Assembly (NCBI GenBank): GCA_951804945.1
Contig: OX638150.1
Span: 48,174,001-48,238,000, forward strand
Length of the DNA: 64,000 nucleotides
Origin: Podarcis cretensis
Lineage: Eukaryota
Direction: 5' to 3'
Notes under the pieces: generated by a model
The model's database searches: none
The model's input: only the letters and a program-made list of their open reading frames with translations
What the model was told of the DNA's origin: nothing
Translations under genes and position numbers: made by a program
In this document: positions 51,903 through 64,000 of the stretch, one piece after another
Layout of the letters: the number at the start of each line of letters is the position of its first letter
Numbering within the stretch: the stretch's first letter is position 1

Positions 51903-52019
51903 GGCAGTTTTTAATGTTTGATGTTTTATCGTGTTTTTACTATTCTGTTGGGAGCTGCCCAGAGTGGATGGGGAAACCCAACCAGATGGGCAGGGTATAA
52001 TTATAATTATTAAATTATT
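51903..52019 (+). mobile_element. LINE 3' tail (L2-like) ending in AT-rich repeats
   Basis: gggagctgcccagagtggatggggaaacccaaccagatgggcagggtat plus a TTA-rich tail; homologous, in inverted orientation, to 53371-53523. Clade assignment is from memory. Confidence 0.8.
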
Positions 52020-53370
52020 CTTCTGTTTTGCTGGTTTGATTGATTAATTGTATCCTAATTGCATATTTCTTTTCTATTAATATGTTCACTGCTTTGATAT
52101 ACTTTGGGCTAAAAAAAAGTGGTATATAAAGAAAGCATAACATAGCATAATGGATTGCTGCGAGAGAGAAACGGGGGATTTTGGAAGTTCAGGGATAGGA
52201 GGTGACTCAGGTTTGTTCCCACAAGGCATTTGTACACATTGTTACAGGTTCTGCATGGTTTACCAGAACTGCTTTAAATATCAGGTATGCTTAACTGCCA
52301 GCTGAAATGTGCCCTCAAGTGTTTCTCCACAACAGAACTCTATAGCCATGGGCTGGAAAAGCTTTTATTCCATCCACTGTAGGCTATTTCAGGATAAGTT
52401 GACAGGCTGTACTGTATCTTCTTACTCAATCACTTCTATTCACTGCATGCCAGTAGTATTTTCAGAATAGCACTCAACGATAAGGAAAAAGCAAACATGA
52501 ATGGACTGCTGTGAATTTATTGGTACTCCAACTTCCCTTGATCAAAAGTCCTGCCAGCTGAGTGGCTTGTCTTGCCTGCTTAAAGAGTAACTTTCCACAT
52601 CCCGTCTGACTAGCCAGAACATTTCTTATTCTGAGAGATAAAATGAGAGTTGGTGACTTAAGGATGAAATAAACAGGAGCAAAGATGGCTTGTCAGTGCC
52701 AAGCCTTGTCTTGGCAGCTGCCTCAGCAGAATGCATTTGATAAACTGTGATTGACAAAACACTATAGAGCGATAGCTTGAAGCTGAAATCAAGGTTCACA
52801 GGAAAGCAGGCTAACATTAGAATAACAGTTCAAGTACATAGACCTGTCACAAATCACTTCAGGTGTTAATACTTCAAGGAGATGAAATACGGATGAGAAT
52901 TTTATGAAATGTTTGCAGAAATCATTGATATTACAGCCTATAATAAAGGATGGGTTTATTTGTTTTGTTTGTTCATGTTTAACATTTGAAATAATGTAAC
53001 AGAATTCCTATTTTTCATTTCCATTTTGGGTAATAGCTTTTAAGATATGTAGTCATCTTTAAAATTGCAACAGAATCCGTAGCAAAGCACCATTCAATTC
53101 CGTATTTTCATAGAACTACTTATAAAAGATAAAAATTAGGAACACTATAAAAGATTTGTAGTTGAGGTTTATGATTTCTGAAAAGGTTGTTGGTATTTGG
53201 TTTAAAAATAAATCTACCTGAACCTTTTTTGTAATGGTTCCTAGTTTCCCCCACTAGAATTGTCACTAATGGCAAAATTATAAAGAGTTTACTATTGTGA
53301 TTATGACAAACCAATTAGTGATAATGAGGTGATGTTACAGGTTGTTTGCATACTTCTGTCACCCCCAAAC

Positions 53371-53385
53371 TACTACTACTACTAC

Positions 53386-53427
<42 letters not shown>

Positions 53428-53523
53428 TTACCCCGCCCATCTGGTTGGGTTCCCCCAGCCACTCTGGGCAGCTTCCAACAGAATATTAAAAAGATGATAA
53501 AACATCAAACATTAAAAGCTTCC
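53371..53523 (-). mobile_element. LINE 3' tail (L2-like) with expanded (TAC)n(TAT)n microsatellite tail
   Basis: Reverse-complement match to 51903-52000; the microsatellite at 53371-53428 abuts the element's 3' end. Confidence 0.82.
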
Positions 53524-53807
53524 TTAATTACTTTTGAAATGATTCAAGTTTCCCCAGAAGAAAGACAGGAAACTATGTTTGGATCCAAAGGTGCTCTCCA
53601 GTGATAGAAGGAGTCCACTGACTTCCAACCCTCAGGAACATTTTTTTCCGGGAATGTAGGGTACTGCAGGAGCCAAAATCCCAGAGCTTTCCATGCAGTG
53701 CAATATCTGGATTTTATCTATGCCACAAGTTTATTAAGCAGCAGCTCAACCAAACTCTGAACTTTTCCAAACTAATACATGACGTGAATAATGCTCATGA
53801 GAAGAGG

Positions 53808-54263
53808 CAGAGGTGTACCTAGGATCCCTTGCTCCCTTGGTAAGGAGCTGTATAGGCAGCCCTCCGGGGGGGGGGGGAATCACTTTACCACATGGAGAGG
53901 AAAAGCCACTCCCTAGGCTGTTCTCTCACCCAGGAAGGAGGGAGGAAGGCAGGGCCTAGTCATGTCCCCCAGGAAGGGTGAATTTTGAGAGCTGTGTGCG
54001 CACACAAAAGTTGGGAGAATTAAAAAACTTCCATCAGTAGTGGGTGTGAAGAAGGCAGCAGCGATACCAGCCATCGCGTCACACCACCCACCCCCAATCT
54101 CAATTTCTTCTGAGGCGATTCTCATCCAGGCAATCTGCCTCGTGTGCCTCTCGCCCCACACAACGAACTCTTTCCAAAGTCAGAGCAATTTTTATGCCCC
54201 CTGCCCCCCCCCGTCTGTGCCCTTGGAGAGAACTGGTTTTGCCAACCCCTAGGTATGCCCCTG
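53808..54263. mobile_element. Non-autonomous DNA transposon with 8-bp TSD (hAT-like, unclassified)
   Basis: TIRs CAGAGGTGTACCTAGG and CCTAGGTATGCCCCTG (13/16); TSD AGAAGAGG (53800-07) / AGAAGAGT (54264-71). Confidence 0.8.
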
Positions 54264-55562
54264 AGAAGAGTTATCAAGCCCTAAACATCTCACCTTTGTA
54301 TCAGTAATTGCATCCAAGGCAAACCACTTATGATAGCCAGCTAGTTTGCAAAGTTAGGCTGGGTAATTTCTCCCCAGCCCAGTCTCTAGAGAGGCCCCTT
54401 ACATTTAACTGGGACATGTGCAGTCTCTCTAGATCTATAGGGTTACGGTATGATGTACTTGCCAATTCAGTGTGCTGGTTCTTTGTCACAGGTAATGTTT
54501 TGGCAAAATGCAAAACATCATCCTCTTGAGCTGGCATTGGGTCTCTTGTGACTGATCTCTTGTACACAAGGGCTGGGTACTAAGTTACAAAATGTCTTCC
54601 TTTCCTAACAGAGATAGCAGAAGAGAGCCTGTGGATATTTGATAGCTTGACCCCAAGTCCCTGGAAATCACAACTTCATTTTATGTTTCGCTCAACTTGC
54701 AATCTCTCAGCAAGGGACTAGTAATTGCTGGCTTTCACTTACTCCTGTGGGTCACTTTCATTTATTTTGTTTTTCTCTTCTTTTAAAACAAAATTGTATA
54801 TAGCAGTTGACGTATGAATAGACCTGAATCTTTTGACTGGGGAACAGATTCTCCAATTTTCTGTGAATGCCTCAACATTTATGCTGGGTCTGCCAGAATG
54901 CTCTCTTTTCACTGACATTATCTTTTCAATTAAAGCTATAACAATCTGATCAAGAAATTGCTAACTCTGGTTTTATTCCTGCACTCACAAAGGAGAAAGC
55001 AGAATAATATTTGGCAGATGATTTCCACTTCAGTGCCTACTGATACCTCTTGCTCTAAATGCTCCATCTGTAAGTTCCACAGGGACAGAGCTGGACCTAT
55101 TCATAGAAAATGGATAGCTTCCATCATTTCAGATGGAAAATGCAGTGTTCATTTTAACAGGCCTGTCTTCCTTGGGCATGCTGCTTTATATTTCTGAGTG
55201 CTATATGATTGTGAAGGTTGCACAAGGTTAATGCACTCAAATACTAGCCTGCTCCAGTGCCAGGTCAGTCACTGGCTGGCTTCCTTGATCTGAGGTGCAC
55301 ATGTGTATACTGGTGGCTTCATTCTAAGGTTAATAATAGGAGGCCACTGAAGACATTGAACAATTTGTCAATTTTAGCTGTCCTTACTCAATCAAATTAT
55401 AATGCTACAATAATAAGGATTCTGAAGTCCTCACTGATACCTTGGCCACTTAATAGTGTTCTTGAAAGGTTTGCTGCTGCCAAGAATTACTGAAAAACTT
55501 TGGTTAGATAGCATTCTGTGTCTTCTGTGGTAGGTTGACTTTTTTATTTTGGCCAGCCTTTC

Positions 55563-56135
55563 TGTTGAGACATCTTTGCAAGATTGGCCAGAAGGGGAGG
55601 AGCATAGGAATGAGACTACTGAGACTGTAGATGAGGAGGAGCCGAGTGGGTCCTCAGATGTTATCCCTGTCCTGCCACAACCTGACACCCCAGTGGAGGA
55701 GGGAGATCCAACAGAGTCATTCCCAGCTCTTTCCCTGGAGCAAGAGGTTGTTCCGGCAGCTGGGGAAGCAAATAAGCTAGAGTCTTAACAGTGTGTTGAC
55801 TTGGCTGACTCAGGCCCCATCTCTATCAGATACATTGGCATGAACAGACCCAGACCACTCACAGGAATGCCCACTTACTTGCCCAGTCATATTGCTTGAG
55901 ATGAAAACTGTGCAAATGACTGTGCCTGCCCCACTCTTCAAAAGGGAAGCCTGGGGTGTATTCGCTTTAGCCTGGTCATATGCATTCAAGTCCTGTTTCT
56001 GAATTGCTGAGGCTTGTAACCTGTGGCCTGGTCTGTGTTTAAATGGTGTAGTGACTTTTGGAATAAAGCCTCCATGAATAATCAGTCTGAGAGTGGGAGC
56101 CAGGATGCTGGAGCTATTTCATTTCTGCATAGGAC
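55563..56135 (+). mobile_element. Possible solo LTR
   Basis: GC-richer block running TG...CA with AATAAA ~65 bp before the end; no matching TSD found. Confidence 0.35.
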
Positions 56136-57331
56136 AGAAACATACATTCTAAAATTACTATTTTGGGTTAATTTGCTTATCTCACGCTTTACTCAACATA
56201 TAGATAAAAGTCACCAATATGTGCTGTGATCCTATTAGTGATCATGTATCTCTGTTATTGCTAAGAAGCTCATGGTTGAAGCTATACGTATCCAATTTTT
56301 CACTAGAATGTTAATTCATCCCCTGTGTTCGGGTATATTTTTCTTCCTCTATTTTCTTACAGAAAAAGGAGACCAAAACAAAGCTCCAATGCAGCCTATT
56401 GCTATCTCTGTTTTATGCATCACCAATTTTAATCCTCCCTATTAACCTGACAATTAAGATATTGATCTTGGTAGGCATAAGATCATGTCTTGCTCTTGGC
56501 AAAATGTTTTCAGGAAAAGCTCTCTTCTGACTATTATTTGCAACAGTATTTTCTTGAATGGTAAGTTGAGAATAGGAAATGGTCAGAATGTATGTAAGAC
56601 ATACCCTAGTAGTGGTATGGATGGCACCTCATATACACTTATCCAATTAAAACATGACAGAATTTGTATCTGTAATATTAGGATATTGCTGTGGTTAAGT
56701 TAAGAAGCCTGCTGCTATCAGAGCTTAGACCAGCATAGCATATCACATATTCGTATAGCAGTCAGAAGCACATTGATAACCGCAGGAAGAAAAGATTGTG
56801 CAACAGTTTCCAATAAAACTGTGGCCAACCAACAATTCAGTGTATTCGCAGTGCCACCTCCATATTAACCATGCATGCAAGGCACCAGTCACCATGATAA
56901 CATCATGTAACTCATTTGATGCCCCTTTGCATGTACATACTGTACATGCTGCCAGGAAATGTCCACAAAGTATCCATATGTAGCGCCTGCATGTGTGCCA
57001 CAGTTCCCACTTCTTTCAATGGTATTATCCACTTACCCGATTGTATCTTACTGCAAATATTTGGGAAACTGGCTTTATCATTTTCCCTTGTGGATGTAAC
57101 ATCCCATGCCTGCTTTGGTCTGGTTTGGTTTTTATGTGTTTGTCTCATGAATTCCTATTTTGTTATTTCGGTTTTATGGCTAAAATTCAATTAAAATACC
57201 TAAAAAAATAGTACATGCACAGATGCTTTATGTATGCTTCTCTGTATCGTATCTGGAATTGTTTAATGCCTGTGTTTTACAACTCAAGTGATAACAGGAA
57301 GTCTTTTAATTCTGGAGTCTGTGACTTCTGA

Positions 57332-57760
57332 CCAAGGATGGATATATCTGTCAATTTTAGTTTTTTTCAGTTTCTCAGTTCTCCACATTTCTGCAGCAAT
57401 TTGTGATTATTATTTTTAATCCTCATGAAAATCTGTTAGCATTTTAGTGTGAATTTCTCCTAATAAACACACATTGGATTTGTTTTTTTGCCTAATATAC
57501 ACATTTTTGCAAAACAGTTTCCACCACTGTAATGCATTTTTGTATGTTATATTCACTAATACATGTATTATTATGCATGCTTGATACTAATAAAATACAC
57601 TTTTGTGCACATTACCTGGCTGAAAAAAATGCATTGGAGAATTCAGAGAAGTGCAAATTTCAAAGGATAGCATGCTTCGATTCATACCTTGTTTTGGAAA
57701 GTATGAATTTGGCAGGTTTTTCTTTAAAAGTGTCCTTAATCAAATTTCTCCCCCATCCTG
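57332..57760. mobile_element. AT-rich non-autonomous hAT-like element
   Basis: Termini CAAGGATGG and CCATCCTG, flanked by the direct repeat ACTTCTGA (57324-31, 57761-68). Confidence 0.7.
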
Positions 57761-58029
57761 ACTTCTGATTGTTGATAATGAAGTACAGAAAATGGAAGGG
57801 AGACATTTTAAAACTAAATGTACTTTCTTACTAATTGAAAAGAGAAAACATCACCTTTGAAAACAATGTATGAGATACTATTCCTTTGTATTTTATGAGC
57901 AGTTGTAACTACTTATCTAGAATAGTATATGCCACTAAGATGTTTGTGTTCTCATAGCAGAGGGATATGTTTTGGAGATACACAGAAAGTGTGTCCTATA
58001 TCCTCACATTGCTGCCACTAATAAGTATA

Positions 58030-58280
58030 CAGTGGTACCTTGGTTCTCAAACATAATTCATTCCGGAAGACTGTTCGAGTTCTGAAACGTCCAAAAATCG
58101 AGGCGCAAAGTGCTGTCTGCAAATTCAGTTGAGAAAACTGAAAAATACGCAGCGGAAGCAGTTTGACTTCCGAGGCACGTTCGAAAACGGAAGCATTTAC
58201 TTCCGCTTTACTCTGGGTTTTCGGCGTTCGGGTTACGAAACGTTTATCAACAGTGACATTCAAGAACTGAGATAACACTG
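58030..58280. mobile_element. Tc1/mariner MITE, further family
   Basis: TA-CAGTGGTACCTTGGTTCTCAAA...CAAGAACTGAGATAACACTG-TA; internal ACTTCCG motifs shared with the 44095 element. Confidence 0.88.
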
Positions 58281-61163
58281 TACTTTACACTGAGGTTAAT
58301 ACAAAGATAAATGTTTGAGTCCCTTTTTATATGGGTATCAGTTCCTGTGATGCATTAAGTAATACTGTGCATGCTGATAGATAGATATATAGATAGAGAT
58401 ATAAATGCAAAAATATATAATGTGTTTGCTTATGCCTAGGAGCTACATGTGCAATCACAAAAATGTTCAAATCTTTTTTATTTCCCTCCATTTTTTATAC
58501 TGTTACATTTTACTGTTGTGTGTGACAAATTGCTTCGTGCTATAGAGCCTTGCCAGCAATACACTTCAAAATATATTGTATAAAATATTAATGTGGATAA
58601 TAAGCACCAACAGTTTAGGGAAGTATGGATGTCCATGTGGCTAAAAATAATGTCAGTGCTCCAGTTTTGAAGTGATGCAAACATAGATCAAGAGTCTTCC
58701 CTTGTAATGTTGTAATATGTACACTTCTGAATTGGAACCTGGGAAGAGAACAAATAAGGGTGTGTTTTTTACAAGTGTCAAATGGGTTATAATGAGCTAA
58801 CAAATGCATAAGTTAATGCCTGAGCAACACATTACAGTAGGGTGTATCATAATTAAATTGACTGTTCTACAATGAGCCTTAAAACACAGAAATTTGTAAT
58901 TTTAAAAAGTGGGGGTTCTATGGTTAGCATATAAAGGAACAGATAATTCCGGATTCTGTGTTTCAGAAAGATGGCATTTGCAAGTCGTTTTAACAATGCA
59001 TCATATAAATATGAAAAGCTAAGCTGTTTTTAGTTTAATTGGCTTGGTGAATGCAGTTCAGGCAAGAAGAACAGTCAATAACTACTTCTCCGGCTTCAAG
59101 GACAAGAAAAGATCAAACAACTCATCAGAAAGAAAATGTAAAAATGGACATAATAATGTAAAACACAACAGAATAGGTAATTCTATCACTTAAAGATGAT
59201 AGGTGTGTGAGAGAGAGAAACGACAAATCCTTTCTTTTACTGTATAATCAGATCAGATGAAGAAGCAGGCTTTCTGCAGCAGAGGGGGGCATAACAGCTC
59301 ATATTCTATTGTCTTTGAGTTTTTGTTTCTGTCTTGTTACCTTCAAAGGTTGTTTTCATTTCTTCATAGCCTCTGTCTGCATGTGGAGAAAGATTTCATT
59401 TAGAGTAGAATTAGTATGAGAGCATTTTTAGTTTTAGTTATTGAATTTGATGTGGGGAGAGACACATACTTAATGAAGCAGAGTAAGACAAAAAGGGTTT
59501 GTACCAAACTGTGCCAGAATTTTATATTCCAATACCTTTATAATACAGATGAATTTGCTCTATATTTCAAAAATTCTGATTCATTCAATTCGTTTTTGTG
59601 TGTGCGAGAACAATGGCATGGTTTCCTCCACGGCTATAATAGCTGTGTAAGGTATTTAAGGCTCAAGGTCGATGGTTGTTGTTTTTTGCCAGTGTTGGGG
59701 TTTGAACCTGACTTTTCCTGATCTAAGCCCAATGAGGAGTTTCTCAAATCCTGCTTTGTCTGCTTTGGGGATTGGAAGGAGTTTGATAACTGGTTTCCAG
59801 AAATAATATTGTAGAGAAAAAGTAAGCACATATAATTCTGAAGATAACTAATATAGGTTACTTTTAGATTCTAAAAGTACAGTCTCAATATTTAATAAAC
59901 AACAGATTACTTTTCTTTTACCCTTTGATTACACTGCCCTCCTAGCAGCTATGATACCTGTAATCCCTGGGAACACACATTCTATAGTAGCAGTTTGTAT
60001 GGTGCAGCAGAGTTGCATTTGCCTCCTGACAACAACATCACTGCAGCTTACCTGGATGGAGCTAAGATAGGGAGTGGTGAAGTTGGGGCTGTTCTGAAAC
60101 ACATGTGGGACCTTTAAATTGGCTCCATCAGTGCATCTGCACAGCCAGTGTTGTTATTCCAGCATGTTGGTTTTTTATAAGAAAATGCCATGGAGCGGTT
60201 CATGTACTATGAAGTTGAGTGTGGCAGCAATGGAATTAAAGGCTGTTGGAACTGAAGAGTGAGGGGGAAATGAGCATTTCAGAGATGATTGGAAAGATGC
60301 CAAGATGGCAGAGACTACCCATTGAAAGAAAAAAAGACCTGCAATGTGTTGATGAGCAGGAATATAACATAAGCATGAATTTGTGAAGGTTCATTGATGA
60401 GGCATATTACATGAAATAAATGTGAAAACTGATGGGTAGGAGATTAAATTGTTCATCCTTAAGGCTTTGCTTACAAAATGCCCTCCTCTTAAAGAATAGT
60501 TTAGAGATTGCAGGTCATAGTGTACCCTATCCTTCCTGAAAACTGCAAAATCCATCAGTGTCCCATTGAGATTAATATCATTTAAAAAAAAAAAAAGATG
60601 GTGTAGAATCTGAATAAAAGCTTAATAAGTAGATTATTTAGAACAATAGTCCTCATGAGAATGTTTGATTCTGAGTGTAGCTGCTAAAGAGAACCCTAAA
60701 TGCAATTAGGTCTCACTCCCTGTGTGTGTCAAAGGCAGTAGTCACATAGAGGTATCCCAAAAGATGACATTAAAAAAAAAGTGTTCCAACATTTACATTT
60801 TTCATTCCTTTGGGTATCAGCAACAAAACCTTTGTTAAGAATTACTGGAGCCTTGGAAAACACACAGTAGAAAATTAGTTTTGAGAAACTTGTTTTAGAT
60901 GTTTCACATCAAAAAGATGGATGCTTCTGCCACCATGGGGAAGCAGTTTGTTGTCCTCATCTGTAAGCTTTGTAATTGTTAGAAACTATTCTCCCAAGGT
61001 AGTCAGTGATAAGGACAAAAGGAAACTACTGTTTTCACTAAACACATACAAGTTATAAAGGGCAAACTAAACCAAGGTCAATTAAATCTCTCTCCCTTGT
61101 GTTGTAAATGCAGCTGCTGAACAAATATACAAAATAATTACAACACAAAACTGTATACTGTTT

Positions 61164-61405
61164 CAGTGGTACCTCGGGTTACAGATGCTTCAGGTTACAG
61201 ACGCTTCAGGTTACAGACTCCGCTAACCCAGAAATAGTACCTCGGGTTAAGAACTTTGCTTCAGGATGAGAACTGAAATTGTGCAGCAACGGTGTGGCGG
61301 CAGTAGGAGGCCCCGTTAGCTAAAGTGGTACCTCAGGTTAAGAACAGTTTCAGGTTAAGAACGGACCTCCAGAATGAATTAAGTTCTTAACCCGAAGTAC
61401 CACTG
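61164..61405 (-). mobile_element. Tc1/mariner MITE, family A, inverted
   Basis: Reverse complement of the 14331/37368 copies; TIRs CAGTGGTAC and GTACCACTG; right TA intact, left flank reads TT. Confidence 0.93.
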
Positions 61406-61518
61406 TATATAGATTGCAGGAGTATAGTTTGCATATTAAGAAAATATGCAAGGTTTTACTGGGCATCATTATTATTAAAACTATTCAGAAAGGAGGGCAG
61501 AAAATATAAGGTCCAATT

Positions 61519-61869
61519 GGTAAAGGGTAAAGGGACCCCTGACCGTTCGATCCAGTTGCGGACGACTCTGGGGTTGCGGCGCTCATCTCGCTTTATTGGC
61601 CGAGGGAGCCGGCGTACTGCTTCCGGGTCATGTGGCCAGCATGACTAAGCTGCTTATGGCGAACCAGAGCAGCGCACAGAAACACCGTTTACCTTCCCGC
61701 TGGAGCGGTACCTATTTATCTACTTGCACATCTTGCTTTCGAACTGCTAGGTGGCAGGAGCAGGGACCGAGCAATGGGAGTTCAACCCGTTGCGGGGATT
61801 CGAACCGCCGACCTTCTGATCGGCAAGCCCTAGTTTTTGTGGTTTAACCCACAGCGCCACCCACGTCCC
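61519..61869 (-). mobile_element. Full-length Sauria SINE, subfamily 2
   Basis: Minus-strand head GGGACGTGGGTGGCGCTGTGG, B box GGTTCGAATCC and tail ccctttaccctttacc; TSD ATTGGTA (61516-22, overlapping the tail; 61870-76). Confidence 0.95.
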
Positions 61870-62289
61870 ATTGGTAGTGGCCTACAAAGACTTTTCTTTC
61901 CACCTGTTTGCTGGACAATTTGCCCACAAAACAGGAAGAAAAATGTACTGTCCAGATGCTCAGGACCATACAGCTTAACCTTTTCTCCCATGTCACTTCC
62001 CTGATGAAAACTGCACGTGTGAAGGCAGAGAGAGAAGAAATGTGTTTCCCTTTCTGGAGATAGTAAGGTTAGGCTGCTTTGAGGGATTGGCATGAGGGAA
62101 CAGGTTCACACACACACAAAGCACAGTGCCAATCTATAGCAGTTCGTGTTAGTCATTGTGGCTGCTCTGATAAAAGTTTCCAAAATGTAACCCTGAGGAA
62201 TCCAATTGCACAAATGTCCTGGTGTAGAATAGTGGTCATCTGGTACTATTTTCTGGAACCCCAGGAGGCAATGTAGAAGGAAACCATGG

Positions 62290-62802
62290 TATTGTGACTT
62301 TGAGGGGTGGGCAGGCTGTATGCCTGAGCTGCCTCTAATTCCTGGATGTAACACAGATTCAATTCCTGGAATAGCCAGGCTCGCTTTCTGGTGAGGTAGT
62401 TGCTGTCTAAGTATGGGTCGTTAGAGTAACAAAGAAAGTGGCTCAGTGCCAGAGGACAAATGAGTGGGCTTTTCCTCCCTCAACTGTCTGTTAGAGAGAC
62501 AAAGAGTTGAGTTATGTGAGCTAGAGCTGCAGGCTGCAGGCTGGGCAGATGGGAGAGGCAGAGCCATGCCTGATCCCTGTTTGAATCAAAGGCTGTGACT
62601 ATGGGAGAAGCAAGACCCTGTTGAGGTGTTAGTGCTGTGAGACCCTCCATTGTAGGATCAGATTGTATATACATGTAAATAAGTCGTATATCCATAGACA
62701 GCACAATCTCCGTTGGCGTCATTCTGAGGAAATTGAACCCCGTGTAAGCGCCTGGAACCCTTGGAATCTCATAATGCTTGGCGATTGGGGTGGTGCACAA
62801 CA
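62290..62802 (+). mobile_element. Possible solo LTR
   Basis: GC-richer block ending CACAACA with an imperfect inverted start TATTGTG; no TSD confirmed. Confidence 0.4.
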
Positions 62803-62915
62803 CTATTAAAAGTTACTGAGAGGTGTTGTAGAAACAACAGGTCACTGTTTCTCTCACCTTGCACAAGGCTATTTCAATCCCCAAACCAGTACGGAAGCTG
62901 TTTTGAAATTAAATA

Positions 62916-63048
62916 AGTTGGTTAGTGTGTTGTGCTGATAACGCCAAGGTTGCAGGTTCAGTCTCTGTATGGAACAACTACGTATTCCTACATTGCAGGG
63001 GGTTGGACTAGATGATTCTCAGGGTCCCTTCTAACTCTTATGATTCTA
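62916..63048 (+). mobile_element. tRNA-Ile-derived SINE with CR1 tail (5' end clipped)
   Basis: Head agttggttagtgtgttgtgctGATaacgccaaggttgcaggttc resembles vertebrate tRNA-Ile. Tail attcctacattgcagggggttggactagatga...tgattcta matches the CR1 tail at 63641-63697. Confidence 0.8.
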
Positions 63049-63522
63049 AGCTCCTACAGGCATTGTATGCCACCAAAGAAGTGCATAACTAAGAGCATTG
63101 CTCTTGGGCAGCCTTTTCTTCAGGAGAACCCAGGCAAGTTTGGGCAGGATACGGTCCAAGTAGATGAGCAGACTGTTTCGCTTCCAGGCTGCTTAAGCCT
63201 TCAATTGCACTTGTGCCATTCTTGGTGGAATGAGCCCTGAGGCTCTGCGGTTCTCCAGGTCAGCTTGAAATCTAGTGTTTCTTATCCTGGATTCTGCATT
63301 TAGCCTTGTGACTCAGTCACAAATTGTGTTCCAGACACTAATAATTTGTTCTTGTACTACCATTTTACGTGCTAAGAGCAGCTTAGCACCTTGTCAACTC
63401 TGTGGGGGAAGGGTGCAGGGTCTTAAGTATGGAGGACATTGCATTTTGTGTTAAGGCCCAAAGACCTTTGGAGGAGATACAAAGCATCGTGGAACATTTG
63501 ACAAATGTCTTGTTCTGCTATG

Positions 63523-63697
63523 AACTTTCTGATGCTAAGAGCCATTCAACAGTGGAACAGACTACCTAGGTAGGTGGTTTATTCTCCTTCGCTGGAGGTT
63601 TTTAAACAGATGGCCACCTGACCGAGATTATTTAGCTGTGATTCCTGCATTGCAGGACTAGATGACTCTTTGCGTACCTTATAATTCTACAGTTCTA
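63523..63697 (+). mobile_element. CR1 LINE 3' end
   Basis: cagtggaacagactacct (QWNRLP), ctggaggtttttaaacag (LEVFKQ) and the CR1 3' UTR gattcctgcattgcag...gactagatga...ttcta. Confidence 0.8.
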
Positions 63698-64000
63698 CAC
63701 ACAGCATGTTGCACCAACCATATAACATTTCCTGTCACTAGAATGCAAGGGTTCGGGTTTTGCAGAATGCACACACTAATGTTCAAGAATCAAATCTGGC
63801 TCCAGTGATCTATGTTTAAAAGAGGAAATACTTTGCCATTCACTACATAGTTAAGAAATGCAAGAATTATAGGCATGCATTATATTTTCATTCTAACGAT
63901 TCATGTACAGTATATTGTGTAATCCTTAATTTTATGGTACCAAAAGGAGTGCTGCTAGGATCAGGAGTAAAGTTTTATATAAACCGTAAATCTGGCATAT

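Noticed and set aside
55549-55788. Acidic 79-aa ORF
   Set aside because: Non-ATG start, lies in a purine-rich LTR-like block, and has no convincing exon boundaries.
62916-62975. Functional tRNA-Ile gene
   Set aside because: The 5' acceptor strand is missing, the stems are mutated, and it is fused to a CR1 tail, so it is a SINE head.
1-64000. CRISPR arrays, operons or prokaryotic systems
   Set aside because: The sequence is vertebrate non-coding DNA; there is no regularly spaced repeat-spacer array and no gene-dense region.

Overview
Eukaryotic, AT-rich and CpG-depleted genomic DNA. The repeat content (Sauria/Squam1 SINEs, Squam3-like SINEs, CR1, L2, RTE, Penelope-like ends, hAT and Tc1/mariner MITEs) points to a squamate, most likely a lacertid lizard (inference). 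I find no credible host protein-coding exon: the supplied ORFs are short chance frames or transposon remnants. The first ~660 bp look like a promoter and non-coding 5' exon(s) ending in a strong splice donor (CAG|GTAAGA at 655/656). The rest reads as a very long 5' intron with candidate conserved elements, a possible second non-coding exon near 27.1-27.5 kb, many TE insertions with readable target-site duplications (TSDs), and one assembly gap. The most striking object is a very young Penelope-like insertion at 12134-12378. It forms a perfect 98-bp fold-back and encodes a minimal type I hammerhead ribozyme on both strands; an identical but ribozyme-truncated sister copy lies at 31783-31884. 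TE family names come from recalled consensus features, not from a database search.
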